The notes under the pieces were generated by a model, which was not told the DNA's origin, did not search any database, and worked only from the letters and a program-made list of their open reading frames with translations. DNA of 64,000 bases from an uncultured Clostridia bacterium (GTDB lineage: Bacteria; Bacillota; Clostridia; Christensenellales; UBA1242): assembly GCA_947053595.1 (NCBI GenBank), contig CAMRSX010000003.1, forward strand, positions 15,596 to 79,595. The letters run 5' to 3'. The translations under genes were made by a program, and so were the position numbers. Positions within the stretch are counted from its first letter, which is position 1; every line of letters begins with the position of its first letter. Below are positions 46,297 through 55,722 of the stretch, in pieces.

Positions 46297-47436
46297 ATGA
46301 ATAGATTTGTTTATTTGGACAATAATGCCACCACAAAAGTGAGCGATGAGGTGAAAAGCAAAGTGCTTCCGTTTTTGGATTTGCAGTTTGGAAATCCGTC
46401 TTCACTATATCAGCATGGGGCAAAGATAAAAAAGGAAATTGAAGCGGCAAGAAAAAATTGTGCGCAATTGATTGGCTGCAAGGAAGAAAACATCCTTTTC
46501 ACCAGCAGTGGAAGTGAGGCAAATTGTGCGGCAATAAACTCGGCAATTTGGCAGTTTCCTAATAAGAAAAAAATCATAACATCAAAGGTTGAACACAGCT
46601 CAATTTTGGAATATTGCAAAATGCTTGAAGCAAGAGGCTTTGAAGTTGTGCTTTTGGATGTTGATGAAAATTGTCAAATCAACCTTCAGCAATTGGCAAA
46701 AGAACTTGACAAAAACACTGCAATTGTTTCCATTCAGTTTGCAAACAACGAAGTTGGAGCCATTTTGCAAACGGCAAAGCTTTTGAAAATAATTAAAGAA
46801 AAAAAGAAACTTTTTGATTTTGTTTATCATGTGGATTGTGTTCAGGCTCTTGGAAAAACTGATTTAAAAGTCAATAAGTTGTCAGCGGATTTTGCTTCTT
46901 TTTCGGGACACAAAATTCATGCACCAAAGGGGATTGGTATGCTGTTTGTGAAACAGCCATCAAAATTTGTTCCGCTTGTTGCTGGACATCAAGAAAGAAA
47001 CCTTCGTGGAGGAACGGAAAATGTTGTTGGCATCATTGCAATGGGAGAGGCGTGCAGATTGATTGTTGAAGGTTTGAAAGATAATGTTGAAAAACTACGC
47101 AAAATTCAACAATTTCTTGAAGAAGAATTACAAAAGCTTGGTGGGATTAAAATAAATTGCCAAAAAGCAAAGCGGCTTCCAAACACAACAAGCATCAATT
47201 TTGAGGGGTTTGAAGGCAATAAATTGATGTTTCAACTTGAAAAATTTGGAATTTGTGTGTCAACAGGCTCTGCTTGCAACAGTGAAAGCAGCAAGCCAAG
47301 TTATGTGTTGACAAGCATGGGGTTGAGAAATCCACAAAACACCATCAGGGTGAGCATTGACGAAAATACTTCAGTTTCACAGATTGAGTATTTTATAAAA
47401 AATCTTAAAGAAGTTTTAAAAGGAGAAGAAAAATGA
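46297..47436 (+). CDS. nifS: Cysteine desulfurase (NifS/IscS class)
   Basis: Start moved to MNRFVYLDNNATT. PLP-lysine block SGHKIHAPKGIG. Catalytic-cysteine block STGSACNS. Confidence 0.85.
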   Translation: MNRFVYLDNNATTKVSDEVKSKVLPFLDLQFGNPSSLYQHGAKIKKEIEAARKNCAQLIGCKEENILFTSSGSEANCAAINSAIWQFPNKKKIITSKVEHSSILEYCKMLEARGFEVVLLDVDENCQINLQQLAKELDKNTAIVSIQFANNEVGAILQTAKLLKIIKEKKKLFDFVYHVDCVQALGKTDLKVNKLSADFASFSGHKIHAPKGIGMLFVKQPSKFVPLVAGHQERNLRGGTENVVGIIAMGEACRLIVEGLKDNVEKLRKIQQFLEEELQKLGGIKINCQKAKRLPNTTSINFEGFEGNKLMFQLEKFGICVSTGSACNSESSKPSYVLTSMGLRNPQNTIRVSIDENTSVSQIEYFIKNLKEVLKGEEK

Positions 47437-47874
47437 CAGAAGTAAAAAATCTTAACAAGGGGGGGGGAGTACCTTCTAAGTAAAAAAACAAGGAAGGTTT
47501 TAACCGACCAACAAGTTGATAAATTGAAAGCAATTGGGGTTTGTATGCTTGCAACTTCAAGCAAAAAAGGTCTTCCACATTGTGTGCTTGTTCAACCAAG
47601 CAGATATGAAAACAATCGTATCATAATTTCGGTTATTCAAATGAAAACTTCAAAAAAGAATGTTGCAGAAAATAAGAGTGTGTTCTTAAATTTTTATGAC
47701 AAAAGCATTGACACTCAATATAAGCTTAATGCAAAAGTTCAATTTGAAGCTGATGGAAATTTGTTTAAAGAAATTAAACGCTTTGAGGAAATTGAAGTTG
47801 GATTGCCAGAAGGGCTTCATGTTGATGCAATTTTGATTGCAAATTTGATTGATTTTGAAGAGGTTGTTGGTTGA
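47433..47874 (+). pseudogene. Pyridoxamine-5'-phosphate-oxidase-like (split-barrel flavin-binding) gene interrupted by a G9 tract
   Basis: The ATG overlaps the nifS stop (ATGA). In the present frame the ORF stops after 16 codons. Removing one G joins it to the 47524-47874 frame and gives a 146-aa ORF (MTEVKNLNKGGEYLLSKKTRKVLTDQQVDKLKAIGVCMLATSS…). Confidence 0.65.
47459..47467 (+). repeat. G9 homopolymer tract at the frameshift point
   Basis: The sequence aacaaGGGGGGGGGagta was read directly. Confidence 0.95.
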
Positions 47875-47909
47875 GTTGAAAATTCCTTCCTTTTGAAGGG
47901 AAGAATTTT

Positions 47910-48500
47910 ATGCCAGCAATAATTAATCACAAAATTTGTGACCAAGCAAATGCTTGCGGAGGAATCAGTGTTTGCCCAGTTGGTGCATTCACTTACAATG
48001 AAAAAACAAAAAGAATTGAAATTGACAACAACAAGTGTATTTCGTGCGGTGCGTGCGAAAAAACTTGTCCAATTGGTGCAATTGGCGTTGCAAAAACGTG
48101 GGAAGAATTTGAAGAACTTAAAAAAGAAATTGACAACGACCCAAGGTCTGCTGACGATTTGTTTGTGGATAGATTTGGAGGGGACGTCATCAATGAAAAG
48201 ACAATGATTAACTTCAAAAATCTTGAGAAAGAAATTTCAAAATCGAAAGTTTTGATGATTGAAGTTTTTAATGATGATTCCATTATGTGTCTTCTTAAAT
48301 CAATCCCATATGCAGAAATTATGGCAAACACAAAGTATAAAAAATATGTTCGTTGCAATGTTGGCGATGCTGACCTAAAAAAATTTGGAGTGAAAGAACT
48401 TCCAAGTTTGCTTTTGTGTGAAGACGGCAAAATTGCAAAAGTTGTCAATGGCTATTATGAGGAAAAAGACAAAGAAAAACTGTTTAAACTTATGAAATAA
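47910..48500 (+). CDS. 4Fe-4S ferredoxin domain fused to a thioredoxin-like domain
   Basis: Cluster motif CISCGACEKTCP plus ACGGISVCP. The C-terminal fold is thioredoxin-like but has no CxxC. Confidence 0.65.
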   Translation: MPAIINHKICDQANACGGISVCPVGAFTYNEKTKRIEIDNNKCISCGACEKTCPIGAIGVAKTWEEFEELKKEIDNDPRSADDLFVDRFGGDVINEKTMINFKNLEKEISKSKVLMIEVFNDDSIMCLLKSIPYAEIMANTKYKKYVRCNVGDADLKKFGVKELPSLLLCEDGKIAKVVNGYYEEKDKEKLFKLMK

Positions 48501-48501
48501 T

Positions 48502-48531
48502 AAAAAAAGACTGAGAAATCAGTCTTTTTTG
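48502..48531. terminator. Bidirectional rho-independent terminator overlapping the stop codon of the minus-strand gene
   Basis: Stem agactga/tcagtct flanked by A7 and T6. Confidence 0.7.
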
Positions 48532-49010
48532 TTTTGGATGAGGTGTTGCTGCCATGCGGCAAGGTTGAAGCGTGGGTTGGCAGAGCTGGTGGATGTAAGG
48601 CAGAAAATTGGAATGTCTTGAATGCTGCAAACGCTGCCATTTTGGGTGAGAAGGTTGAAGGCAGTTTTGCCGTTGCACAAAATCTTTTCCACTTTTGTGT
48701 GTGGTGGAAGTAAAAATGATATGTCCGCCAGTTGCTTTTCTGCTTTTTCAAGTGTGGCGTCTGCTGAGCCGTGAAGGTTGCTTTGCTGCACAACATCATA
48801 AAGGGCAATATGGTGCTTTTGAAGAAAATCCTTTTTATTTTGAATGCTATCTGCAATTTTCTCATCAAAAATTTGCGAAAGCATTTTCCAAAAGCGATTT
48901 TGTTTGTTGCCATAATAAAACCCATATTCTCTGCTTTTTACGCTTGGGAAACTGCCCAAAATGAGAATTTTTGAGTTGTTGTCATAAACCGCATCAAAGC
49001 CTTGAAACAT
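48519..49010 (-). CDS. UDG-superfamily DNA glycosylase (family 6 hypoxanthine/deoxyinosine-DNA-glycosylase-like)
   Basis: 163 aa. The N-terminus ILILGSFPSVKSREYGFYYGNKQNRFWKML is as recalled for the DNA-deoxyinosine glycosylase family. Confidence 0.6.
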   Translation of the reverse strand: MFQGFDAVYDNNSKILILGSFPSVKSREYGFYYGNKQNRFWKMLSQIFDEKIADSIQNKKDFLQKHHIALYDVVQQSNLHGSADATLEKAEKQLADISFLLPPHTKVEKILCNGKTAFNLLTQNGSVCSIQDIPIFCLTSTSSANPRFNLAAWQQHLIQNKKD

Positions 49011-49081
49011 AAAAACCTCTTATCATTGAATGTTGAATATTGGGGCACTGCCGCTCCAAATAAAACCAAAGTTGTTCACTG

Positions 49082-50209
49082 TTAATTCTTTTTGCTTGTT
49101 GTCTTCTTTGTTTGCGATTTTTTTGCAGTTGTTTTTGTTGCTCCGCTGCTGGTGGATTTTTTTGCAGTTGTTTTTTTGCTGGTTGATTTTTTTGCTGGTT
49201 TCTCTTCTTCAGAAGGCGCTATGCCATGATTTTTGCTGTGGTCTGTCTTCCAAGATTTTGCTTTTGCAACAGCTTTTTGGTTGTCAAGTTCTGGAATTTT
49301 GATATTGTTCATTTTCTCCAATTTTTCAAACAGCATCTTCATAAACTTTTCACGCTTTAAGCCAACCGCAATTTTGAAGTTTCCTTTGCGGTTGAACACT
49401 GCTTTTGTGCGGCCAGTTTTGATGTCCAAATCTATGAATGCGCGCTTCATTTTGAAAAGTTTTGGATATGTCAAATAATACATTGCACTGATGTCGTTGG
49501 TGGCAATACGTTTGTCGGGATAGTTTGGCTCCCAATAAGTTTCAAAGGTTTTTGCCAAAAATCTGCCAACATCGTTTGTGTTTTTCAGTTTTTCCACTTG
49601 CTGTTCGGTGAAATGTGCGTAATCGCGCCCGATGCTGGATGGCACCATAATGGTTGGAAGGTTGCTGTCCACGGTGTATTTAAACGCTGGGCTGTCTGTG
49701 CGGATGTTGAAAGAGTTGTGATTTGGGTTGGTTTTGATGCCCATTGGCGCGCCGCCCATCATGAGAATGTCCTTAATCAAATCTTTGGCGTCAGGATGCT
49801 TCATCATCAGGTGAGCAAAAGTGGTGTGAGGCCCAAGGATGCAGAAGGTGATTTGCTTTGGATTTTTCTTAAGCACCTCATAAATTGCATCAGCTGCGTC
49901 CACATTCAAAGGTTTATGGATGGTTTTCTTTGGTGGAATATAGCCTCCAAGACCTTCTTTGGTGTGCAAAAAAGTTGCGTCTTCGGTGGAAGAGCTGAGG
50001 CGGTTTTCATATCCCTTAACAACAGGTATGTCCTTGTGAAAAATGTCAAGGATGTGGCACATATTGCGCACCGCGTTGTCAATTGGAATGTTGCCGTTTG
50101 CAATGGTGAACAGTTTGATGTCAAACTGTGGGTCTTGCAGAACATAAATCAGCGCGTTTGCGTCGTCCACACCGGGGTCGGTGTCGATTATCACTTTAAA
50201 TTTTTTCAT
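49082..50209 (-). CDS. Nucleoside hydrolase (IUNH family) with a 70-residue Lys/Thr/Ser-rich C-terminal tail
   Basis: N-terminal DTDPGVDDANAL aspartate cluster. Tail …KPAKKSTSKKTTAKKSTSSGATKTTAKKSQTKKTTSKKN. Confidence 0.8.
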   Translation of the reverse strand: MKKFKVIIDTDPGVDDANALIYVLQDPQFDIKLFTIANGNIPIDNAVRNMCHILDIFHKDIPVVKGYENRLSSSTEDATFLHTKEGLGGYIPPKKTIHKPLNVDAADAIYEVLKKNPKQITFCILGPHTTFAHLMMKHPDAKDLIKDILMMGGAPMGIKTNPNHNSFNIRTDSPAFKYTVDSNLPTIMVPSSIGRDYAHFTEQQVEKLKNTNDVGRFLAKTFETYWEPNYPDKRIATNDISAMYYLTYPKLFKMKRAFIDLDIKTGRTKAVFNRKGNFKIAVGLKREKFMKMLFEKLEKMNNIKIPELDNQKAVAKAKSWKTDHSKNHGIAPSEEEKPAKKSTSKKTTAKKSTSSGATKTTAKKSQTKKTTSKKN

Positions 50210-50399
50210 TTTGTAATCTCCTTAGGAAAACTTTCAATGCAATTATACATTTTTTTCAATTTAAAAGTAAAGCAAATCAGATTATTTTATTTTTTCTTTC
50301 CGTGGCAGCTGCCGCTTTTTGAAAGAATTTCAGCTTGTGCAAGTTGAAAATAGTATAAATCATTTTGCAAATTTTTTGCTTTTATGATATTATTGGGCT

Positions 50400-51104
50400 A
50401 TGGAGAAAGTTTTGAAAAAATCAAATTCCTTTTATTTTAAACTTTTTGCAAGCGCAATTTTTTTGGCTGCTGTGGTGGCAATGTTTGTTTATGTGAATGT
50501 GAAAGGGGACATAAATCACAACATCCTTTCCTTCTCTTGCGCCGCTGCTTGCTTTGTTTTGTCCTTGCTTTTCATCAGGCTGACTGCAAAAAAAATTCTG
50601 CTGACGCTGGCTTTGGGCGTAAACTTGGTTGCTGACTCCTTTTTTGTGCTTAGTCCAAACACAGTTTCCACACTTGTGGGGCTTTGCGTGGTGTGCGGCG
50701 TTCAGTTTTGCTTTTTTGTTTACACGCTGACGCTTTCAAAGGGCATTGGGCTTAAGATTGTCAACATTGCGCTGCGCGTGGCGCTTTGCCTTTTGGCATA
50801 TTTTCTTCTGCCAAAATACATCACCATAGGCAAGCTGGAGATGATTGCCATCATGTATGCCCTAAACTGCGTTGTCACACTTTTTGTGCTGCTGTTTCAT
50901 CTCAAGAAAAATTTTGTGCTGTTTTTGGGGCTGTTGTTGTTGCTTGTTAGTCACATTTTTGTGGGGCTGGCAAACGGCGGTGCGGAACTTTTGAAGGCGG
51001 GGGCAGATTTTATTAAATTCTTAAGTCAGCACAACTTGGCATTCATGCTTTACATTCCATCGCTGCTTTTGATTTCTTTTTCTTCGGTTTGGGAAAGGCA
51101 GTAG
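50400..51104 (+). CDS. Polytopic membrane protein (about 7 TM helices), family uncertain
   Basis: 234-aa hydrophobic ORF. TTGCAA-17-TATTAT upstream. Confidence 0.55.
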   Translation: MEKVLKKSNSFYFKLFASAIFLAAVVAMFVYVNVKGDINHNILSFSCAAACFVLSLLFIRLTAKKILLTLALGVNLVADSFFVLSPNTVSTLVGLCVVCGVQFCFFVYTLTLSKGIGLKIVNIALRVALCLLAYFLLPKYITIGKLEMIAIMYALNCVVTLFVLLFHLKKNFVLFLGLLLLLVSHIFVGLANGGAELLKAGADFIKFLSQHNLAFMLYIPSLLLISFSSVWERQ

Positions 51105-51149
51105 AGGAAAATTTCAGGTTTTATTTTCTTTCATTTTGGAGGCGTATTT

Positions 51150-53570
51150 ATGAAGGAATATGATTTTAGGTCAGTTGAAAAAAAATGGCAAAAAAAATGG
51201 GTGGAGGAAAAGTCTTTTAAGGCAATTGATTTTCATCCAACCAAGCCAAAGTTTTATGTTTTGTATGAGTTTTACAACATCAGCGGCAATTTGCACCTTG
51301 GGCATTTGAAGGGCACTGTGCCAGCGGATGCTTTGGCAAGATATAAGCGTTTGCAAGGCTTTAATGTGTTGTTTCCAATTGGAGGAGATGCTTTTGGCTT
51401 GCCTGCTGAAAATGCGGCAATCAAAAAGGGCATCAATCCGCATGACTTTGTTGCCGCGGGCATGAACAGCGTGGTGGAACAATCCAAGGCGCTGGGGCTT
51501 TCTTTTGATTGGGACAGAACGGTGTGCACCAGCGACCCAGAATATTTTAAATGGACGCAGTGGATTTTTTTGCAGCTGCTTAAAAATGGCAAAGCGTATA
51601 AGAAAAAGGGCGTTGTCAACTTTTGTCCGCATTGTCAAACAGTGCTTTCCAACGAGGACAGCCAAGGCGGAAAGTGCGACCGTTGCGGCGGCGATGTGGT
51701 GCAAGAAGACCGCTGGGTTTGGTTTTTGAAGATGAAGGAATATTCCGAAAAACTGCTTGAAAATGTGCAGCGCATCAACATGGCGGAAAACTTGAAGGAT
51801 GCTCAGCGCAACTGGATTGGCAAAAGCGAAGGAATGCAGGTGGCATTTGACCTTTTTGACGCCCAAGAAAACAAGCTTGGACAAATTGAAATTTTCACCA
51901 CTTGCATCGAAACAATTTATGGCATCACCTTTGTGGTGTTGGCACCAGAAAATGAACTTGTGGACAAATTTAAAAACCAAATTTCAAACTTTGACGAAGT
52001 GATGGAATATCGCAAAAAGACAGCGCTTCGCACAGAGTTTGAGCGTATGTCGGACACAAAACAAAAGACGGGATGCAAGCTGGAAGGTTTGCACGTTGTC
52101 AACCCAGTTAATGGCGCAAAGGTGCCAGTGTTTTTGGCGGACTTTGTGCTTTCGGGCTATGGAACAGGCGCGGTTATGGCTGTGCCAACGCACGACCAGC
52201 GGGATTTTGAATTTGCTCAGGCGTTTGGCATTCCGATGATTCAGGTTATTGAAGGGGATGTCAGCAAAGCGGCGGTTGAAAAGAAGGAATATTTGGCAAA
52301 AAACAGCCTCATGATGAACTCTGCAGAATTTACTTCCCTTCCTGTGAAAGAAGCCAAAGAAAAAATTGCCCAAAAGGTGATTGAAATGGGCGCGGGAAGG
52401 CGTCAAACCAACTTCAAGATGCAAGACTGGCCTTTCAATCGTCAGCGATATTGGGGTGAGCCATTTCCTGTTGTGTTTTGTCCTAAGTGCGGAACGGTGC
52501 CTTTGGACGAAAGCGATTTGCCACTTGTTTTGCCACAGACAGATGATTATCTTCCAAACGCAAATGGCGATTCTCCGCTTTCAAAAATTGAAAGCTTTGT
52601 CAACTGCAAATGTCCAAAATGTGGTGGCGCTGCAAAGCGTGAAACAGACACCATGCCAAACTGGGCGGGCAGCAGTTGGTATTGGTTGAGATATATGGAC
52701 CCGCACAACAATGACGCGCTTGTGGACATTGAAAAGGCAAAATATTGGGGCAGTGTGGATGTTTACACTGGCGGCACCGAGCACATCACAAGACATGTTT
52801 TGTATGCTTTCTTCTGGCAAAACTTTTTGTATGAAATTGGTGTGGTGCCAACAAAAGACCCATTTGTGAGAAAGATGGGCAGCGGACTTATTTTGGATGA
52901 TACTGGCAAAAAGATGAGCAAAAGCTCTGCAAATGGCGTTTCGCCACTGGAAGTTATTGAAAAATATGGCGCAGATGCAGCCAGACTTCACTTGCACTTT
53001 CTTGGAGGCTATGAAGACAACACGCCTTGGACATATGATGGCATCACCGGCATAACAGCCTTTCTTGACAAAGTTTGGCAGCTGCAAGACATGATTGAAG
53101 GCGAGGAAGTTTGCAAGCAGCACGTGTTTATGCTTAATCGGCTCATCAAAAAAGTTGGGGAAGATTTGGAAGACCTAAAGCTTAACACGTGCATTTCGGC
53201 TTTCATGATTTTTATCAAAAAAATTAGAGATGATGGCTTTATAACCAAAGACGAGTTGAGGCAATTTTTGTTGTTGCTCAATCCGCTTGCGCCGCACATC
53301 ACCAGCGAGATGTATCAGCAAGTGTTTGGCAGCCAAATTTTGGACGACAAATGGCCAGAATATGATGAGAAGTTTTTGGTGGAAGACGAAATCAATCTGC
53401 CTGTGCAGGTGAACGGCAAAATGAGGCAAGTTGTGAAGGTTTCAAAAACGGCGTCGCAGGAAGACATTTTGAAATTGCTTTGCGAAAAACACCCTGACAT
53501 CTTTTCTGAAGGAGAGCAGCTTAAAAAAGTGATTTTTGTTCCGGGCAAAATCATCAACCTCCTCAAATGA
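51150..53570 (+). CDS. leuS: Leucine--tRNA ligase
   Basis: HIGH-type HLGHLKG, KMSKS present, CP1 editing insertion and zinc-knuckle cysteines. 806 aa. Confidence 0.95.
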   Translation: MKEYDFRSVEKKWQKKWVEEKSFKAIDFHPTKPKFYVLYEFYNISGNLHLGHLKGTVPADALARYKRLQGFNVLFPIGGDAFGLPAENAAIKKGINPHDFVAAGMNSVVEQSKALGLSFDWDRTVCTSDPEYFKWTQWIFLQLLKNGKAYKKKGVVNFCPHCQTVLSNEDSQGGKCDRCGGDVVQEDRWVWFLKMKEYSEKLLENVQRINMAENLKDAQRNWIGKSEGMQVAFDLFDAQENKLGQIEIFTTCIETIYGITFVVLAPENELVDKFKNQISNFDEVMEYRKKTALRTEFERMSDTKQKTGCKLEGLHVVNPVNGAKVPVFLADFVLSGYGTGAVMAVPTHDQRDFEFAQAFGIPMIQVIEGDVSKAAVEKKEYLAKNSLMMNSAEFTSLPVKEAKEKIAQKVIEMGAGRRQTNFKMQDWPFNRQRYWGEPFPVVFCPKCGTVPLDESDLPLVLPQTDDYLPNANGDSPLSKIESFVNCKCPKCGGAAKRETDTMPNWAGSSWYWLRYMDPHNNDALVDIEKAKYWGSVDVYTGGTEHITRHVLYAFFWQNFLYEIGVVPTKDPFVRKMGSGLILDDTGKKMSKSSANGVSPLEVIEKYGADAARLHLHFLGGYEDNTPWTYDGITGITAFLDKVWQLQDMIEGEEVCKQHVFMLNRLIKKVGEDLEDLKLNTCISAFMIFIKKIRDDGFITKDELRQFLLLLNPLAPHITSEMYQQVFGSQILDDKWPEYDEKFLVEDEINLPVQVNGKMRQVVKVSKTASQEDILKLLCEKHPDIFSEGEQLKKVIFVPGKIINLLK

Positions 53571-53660
53571 GTGGACTGAGAAAGGCGAGAGTGTCAAGCG
53601 AGGCGAATGGGATATGATTGTTGTCACTTGGCTTAAGAAAGAAAAACAAAAATTGAAAAC

Positions 53661-53692
53661 AAAAAAACACATCAATCTGATGTGTTTTTTTG
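53661..53692. terminator. Bidirectional rho-independent terminator
   Basis: Stem acacatca/tgatgtgt flanked by A7 and T7. Confidence 0.75.
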
Positions 53693-53740
53693 TTTTTGTT
53701 TGATTTTTGTCTGCCAACAAGGCAAAAAGTTTTGCCAAGA

Positions 53741-54358
53741 TTATTCTTCTGTTGTGTTGTCAGAATTTTCAGTTTCTTGGTTGGAAACTTCTTCAACAGT
53801 TTCTTCCACCACAACTTCTTCAGCAGGTGAAACTTCGTCTGATGTTGCAACTTCGTCTGTCAAGGTTTCAGCTTCGGCTGCCTCTTGATTTTCAACAACT
53901 TCGCTTGCCTCTGCTGTTTCTTCTGTTTCTGCCAAGTTTTCTTCTGTTTCAAAAGTTTCGGTTTGATTAACTTCAACTGTGCCAACATTGTCAAGCCCTT
54001 CAACAGAAAGCACGATTTTTGTGTTGCCATCAGCTTCAGCTTCTTTTTTCTTTTTCAAGAAGTCCACCAAAAAGGCAATTCCAACAACTGCAATGCTATA
54101 GCCAACTGCGCAAGCAAATGAAATGCAAAGCGTGTTAACCAAAGGTTGAGCCAAAACTGTCAAAAGCAAATAAATCCAGCAGAAGATTGCAATCATTGGG
54201 AAAACCACAGCGATGAGAATTGTCAGCAATGTGGAAAGTTTTTTGTGTCTTGCAAAGTAAATTGCGCATGCAAGTGAAAAGATTGTGAAGATGATTGCCA
54301 AGATGAATGATGTGTATCCTTCCACTGAAAGATGACTGAAATTCAAACTTAATAACAT
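53741..54358 (-). CDS. Membrane protein (4 TM helices) with a strongly acidic low-complexity C-terminal tail
   Basis: Start moved to the second ATG at 54358 (GGAGG 7 nt upstream). Tail …ETEETAEASEVVENQEAAEAETLTDEVATSDEV…. Confidence 0.6.
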   Translation of the reverse strand: MLLSLNFSHLSVEGYTSFILAIIFTIFSLACAIYFARHKKLSTLLTILIAVVFPMIAIFCWIYLLLTVLAQPLVNTLCISFACAVGYSIAVVGIAFLVDFLKKKKEAEADGNTKIVLSVEGLDNVGTVEVNQTETFETEENLAETEETAEASEVVENQEAAEAETLTDEVATSDEVSPAEEVVVEETVEEVSNQETENSDNTTEE

Positions 54359-54525
54359 ATTTTTACCTCCAAATTTATCCATATTCTACCATATTTGCTG
54401 TTGTTTGTCAATATTCCTTTTTAAATTATTTGTAAAAATTTATTAAATTCTCTAAAATTTTGCAAATCTTGCAAAAAAAATTGCAAAAATAAGTAAATTA
54501 ATATATACTATGTTTAGAAAAGCTT

Positions 54526-55425
54526 ATGAAAACAAAGAAAATTATTGCAATTTGCGCTGGTGTGTTGGCTGTCCTTGCAGTTGTTGTGGGGCTTTGTTTT
54601 TTCTTTCTTGGCATAAAATCCATAAAGCAAACACCTTCTTTTTTGAAGATTGAAAAGGTGGAAAATGATTATTGCCTCATCACCGAATTCAATGGCAAAT
54701 ATAAATATAAATTTGTGCTTGAGCAGTTTGTGGAAGACGACTATGTGGTTTTGCAAACTGTTGAAAACAATCAAAACATTTTGAAACTTTCTTCGTGCAA
54801 CATTCAAATTGTGGCGGGCGCGAAATATCGGTTTTCTGTTTGTTTCTGCACCGCCGGCGCAAGCGGAAAGTTTTTGGAGCAGCCATTGATGTGGCAGGCT
54901 GCCTCTGTTTTGCCAAGTGTGGAATATTCCTTGATGAAAACAGAAGGTGAAGTGCTTTCTTGGCAGCCGGTTGCCAACGCGTCTGGCTATGTTGTTAAGT
55001 TGGTGGACGCCACGGGCAAAGTTTTGCAATTTTCAACACAAGAAGCGCAGCTTTCCTTGCAAAGTGTTCCTGCCGGAAGATTTTGGATGTATGTGATTGC
55101 TTCTTCACAAAACGATGCCTTTGTTTCTTCTGCTGCTGGGGAAGGGAAAGAGTTGATTTTGCAGCGCAGCAATCAAATTTTAAGTGCGGAAAGAAGAGGA
55201 AACTCCATTGTTGTTTCTTGCACACAAAAACCTGAAAAATTTGAAATTTATGCTGACGGCGTTTTGAAGGGCACTGTTGTGGCAAGAGAAATTGGCACAA
55301 CGGGAAGCTACATTTTGGACGGTCTTAACATTCTTCTTGCAGATGTCAACAGCAATCCAAAACTGCAAGTTAAAGCCTGCGCGCAGCCATACATTCAAGA
55401 AAGCAACTTGTTTGATGTGAAATGA
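54526..55425 (+). CDS. Membrane-anchored hypothetical protein with Ig/Fn3-like extracellular repeats
   Basis: N-terminal TM helix, followed by beta-rich sequence including WQPVANASGYVVKL. Confidence 0.55.
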   Translation: MKTKKIIAICAGVLAVLAVVVGLCFFFLGIKSIKQTPSFLKIEKVENDYCLITEFNGKYKYKFVLEQFVEDDYVVLQTVENNQNILKLSSCNIQIVAGAKYRFSVCFCTAGASGKFLEQPLMWQAASVLPSVEYSLMKTEGEVLSWQPVANASGYVVKLVDATGKVLQFSTQEAQLSLQSVPAGRFWMYVIASSQNDAFVSSAAGEGKELILQRSNQILSAERRGNSIVVSCTQKPEKFEIYADGVLKGTVVAREIGTTGSYILDGLNILLADVNSNPKLQVKACAQPYIQESNLFDVK

Positions 55426-55446
55426 AAAAACTCGCAATTCTGCGAG

Positions 55447-55641
55447 TTAGTCAATTAAGCCTATTAAATAATCAGATGAAAATTCTGTTAGTTTACAAAT
55501 AACTTCCAAACTTGGCTGTCGTTTACCGCTCTCCCATTTTGCGATGGCGGGTTGAGTGAAATCAAGTTCTTTTGCAAGTGCCTTTTGAGAAAGGCCTTTT
55601 TCTTGTCGTAATTCCTTTAAGCGTTCGGCAAACTTATTCAT
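55447..55641 (-). CDS. Small XRE-family HTH transcriptional regulator
   Basis: Start moved to the ATG at 55641 (MNKFAERLKELRQEKGLSQKALAKELDFTQPAIAKWESGKRQPS). There is no SD, and a TATAAT lies 6 nt upstream. Confidence 0.75.
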   Translation of the reverse strand: MNKFAERLKELRQEKGLSQKALAKELDFTQPAIAKWESGKRQPSLEVICKLTEFSSDYLIGLID

Positions 55642-55675
55642 AATGAAATTATATGGCAATTTGTTATAAAAATGC

Positions 55676-55704
55676 TTGACATATGGCAAAATGCCATATA
55701 TAAT
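55676..55704 (+). promoter_or_regulatory. Consensus promoter whose spacer is a 17-nt palindrome (candidate XRE operator)
   Basis: TTGACA at 55676-55681, spacer TATGGCAaaaTGCCATA, TATAAT at 55699-55704. A further TATGGCA half-site lies at about 55652-55658. Confidence 0.6.
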
Positions 55705-55722
55705 ATTTAAAAAGGGAAATGT

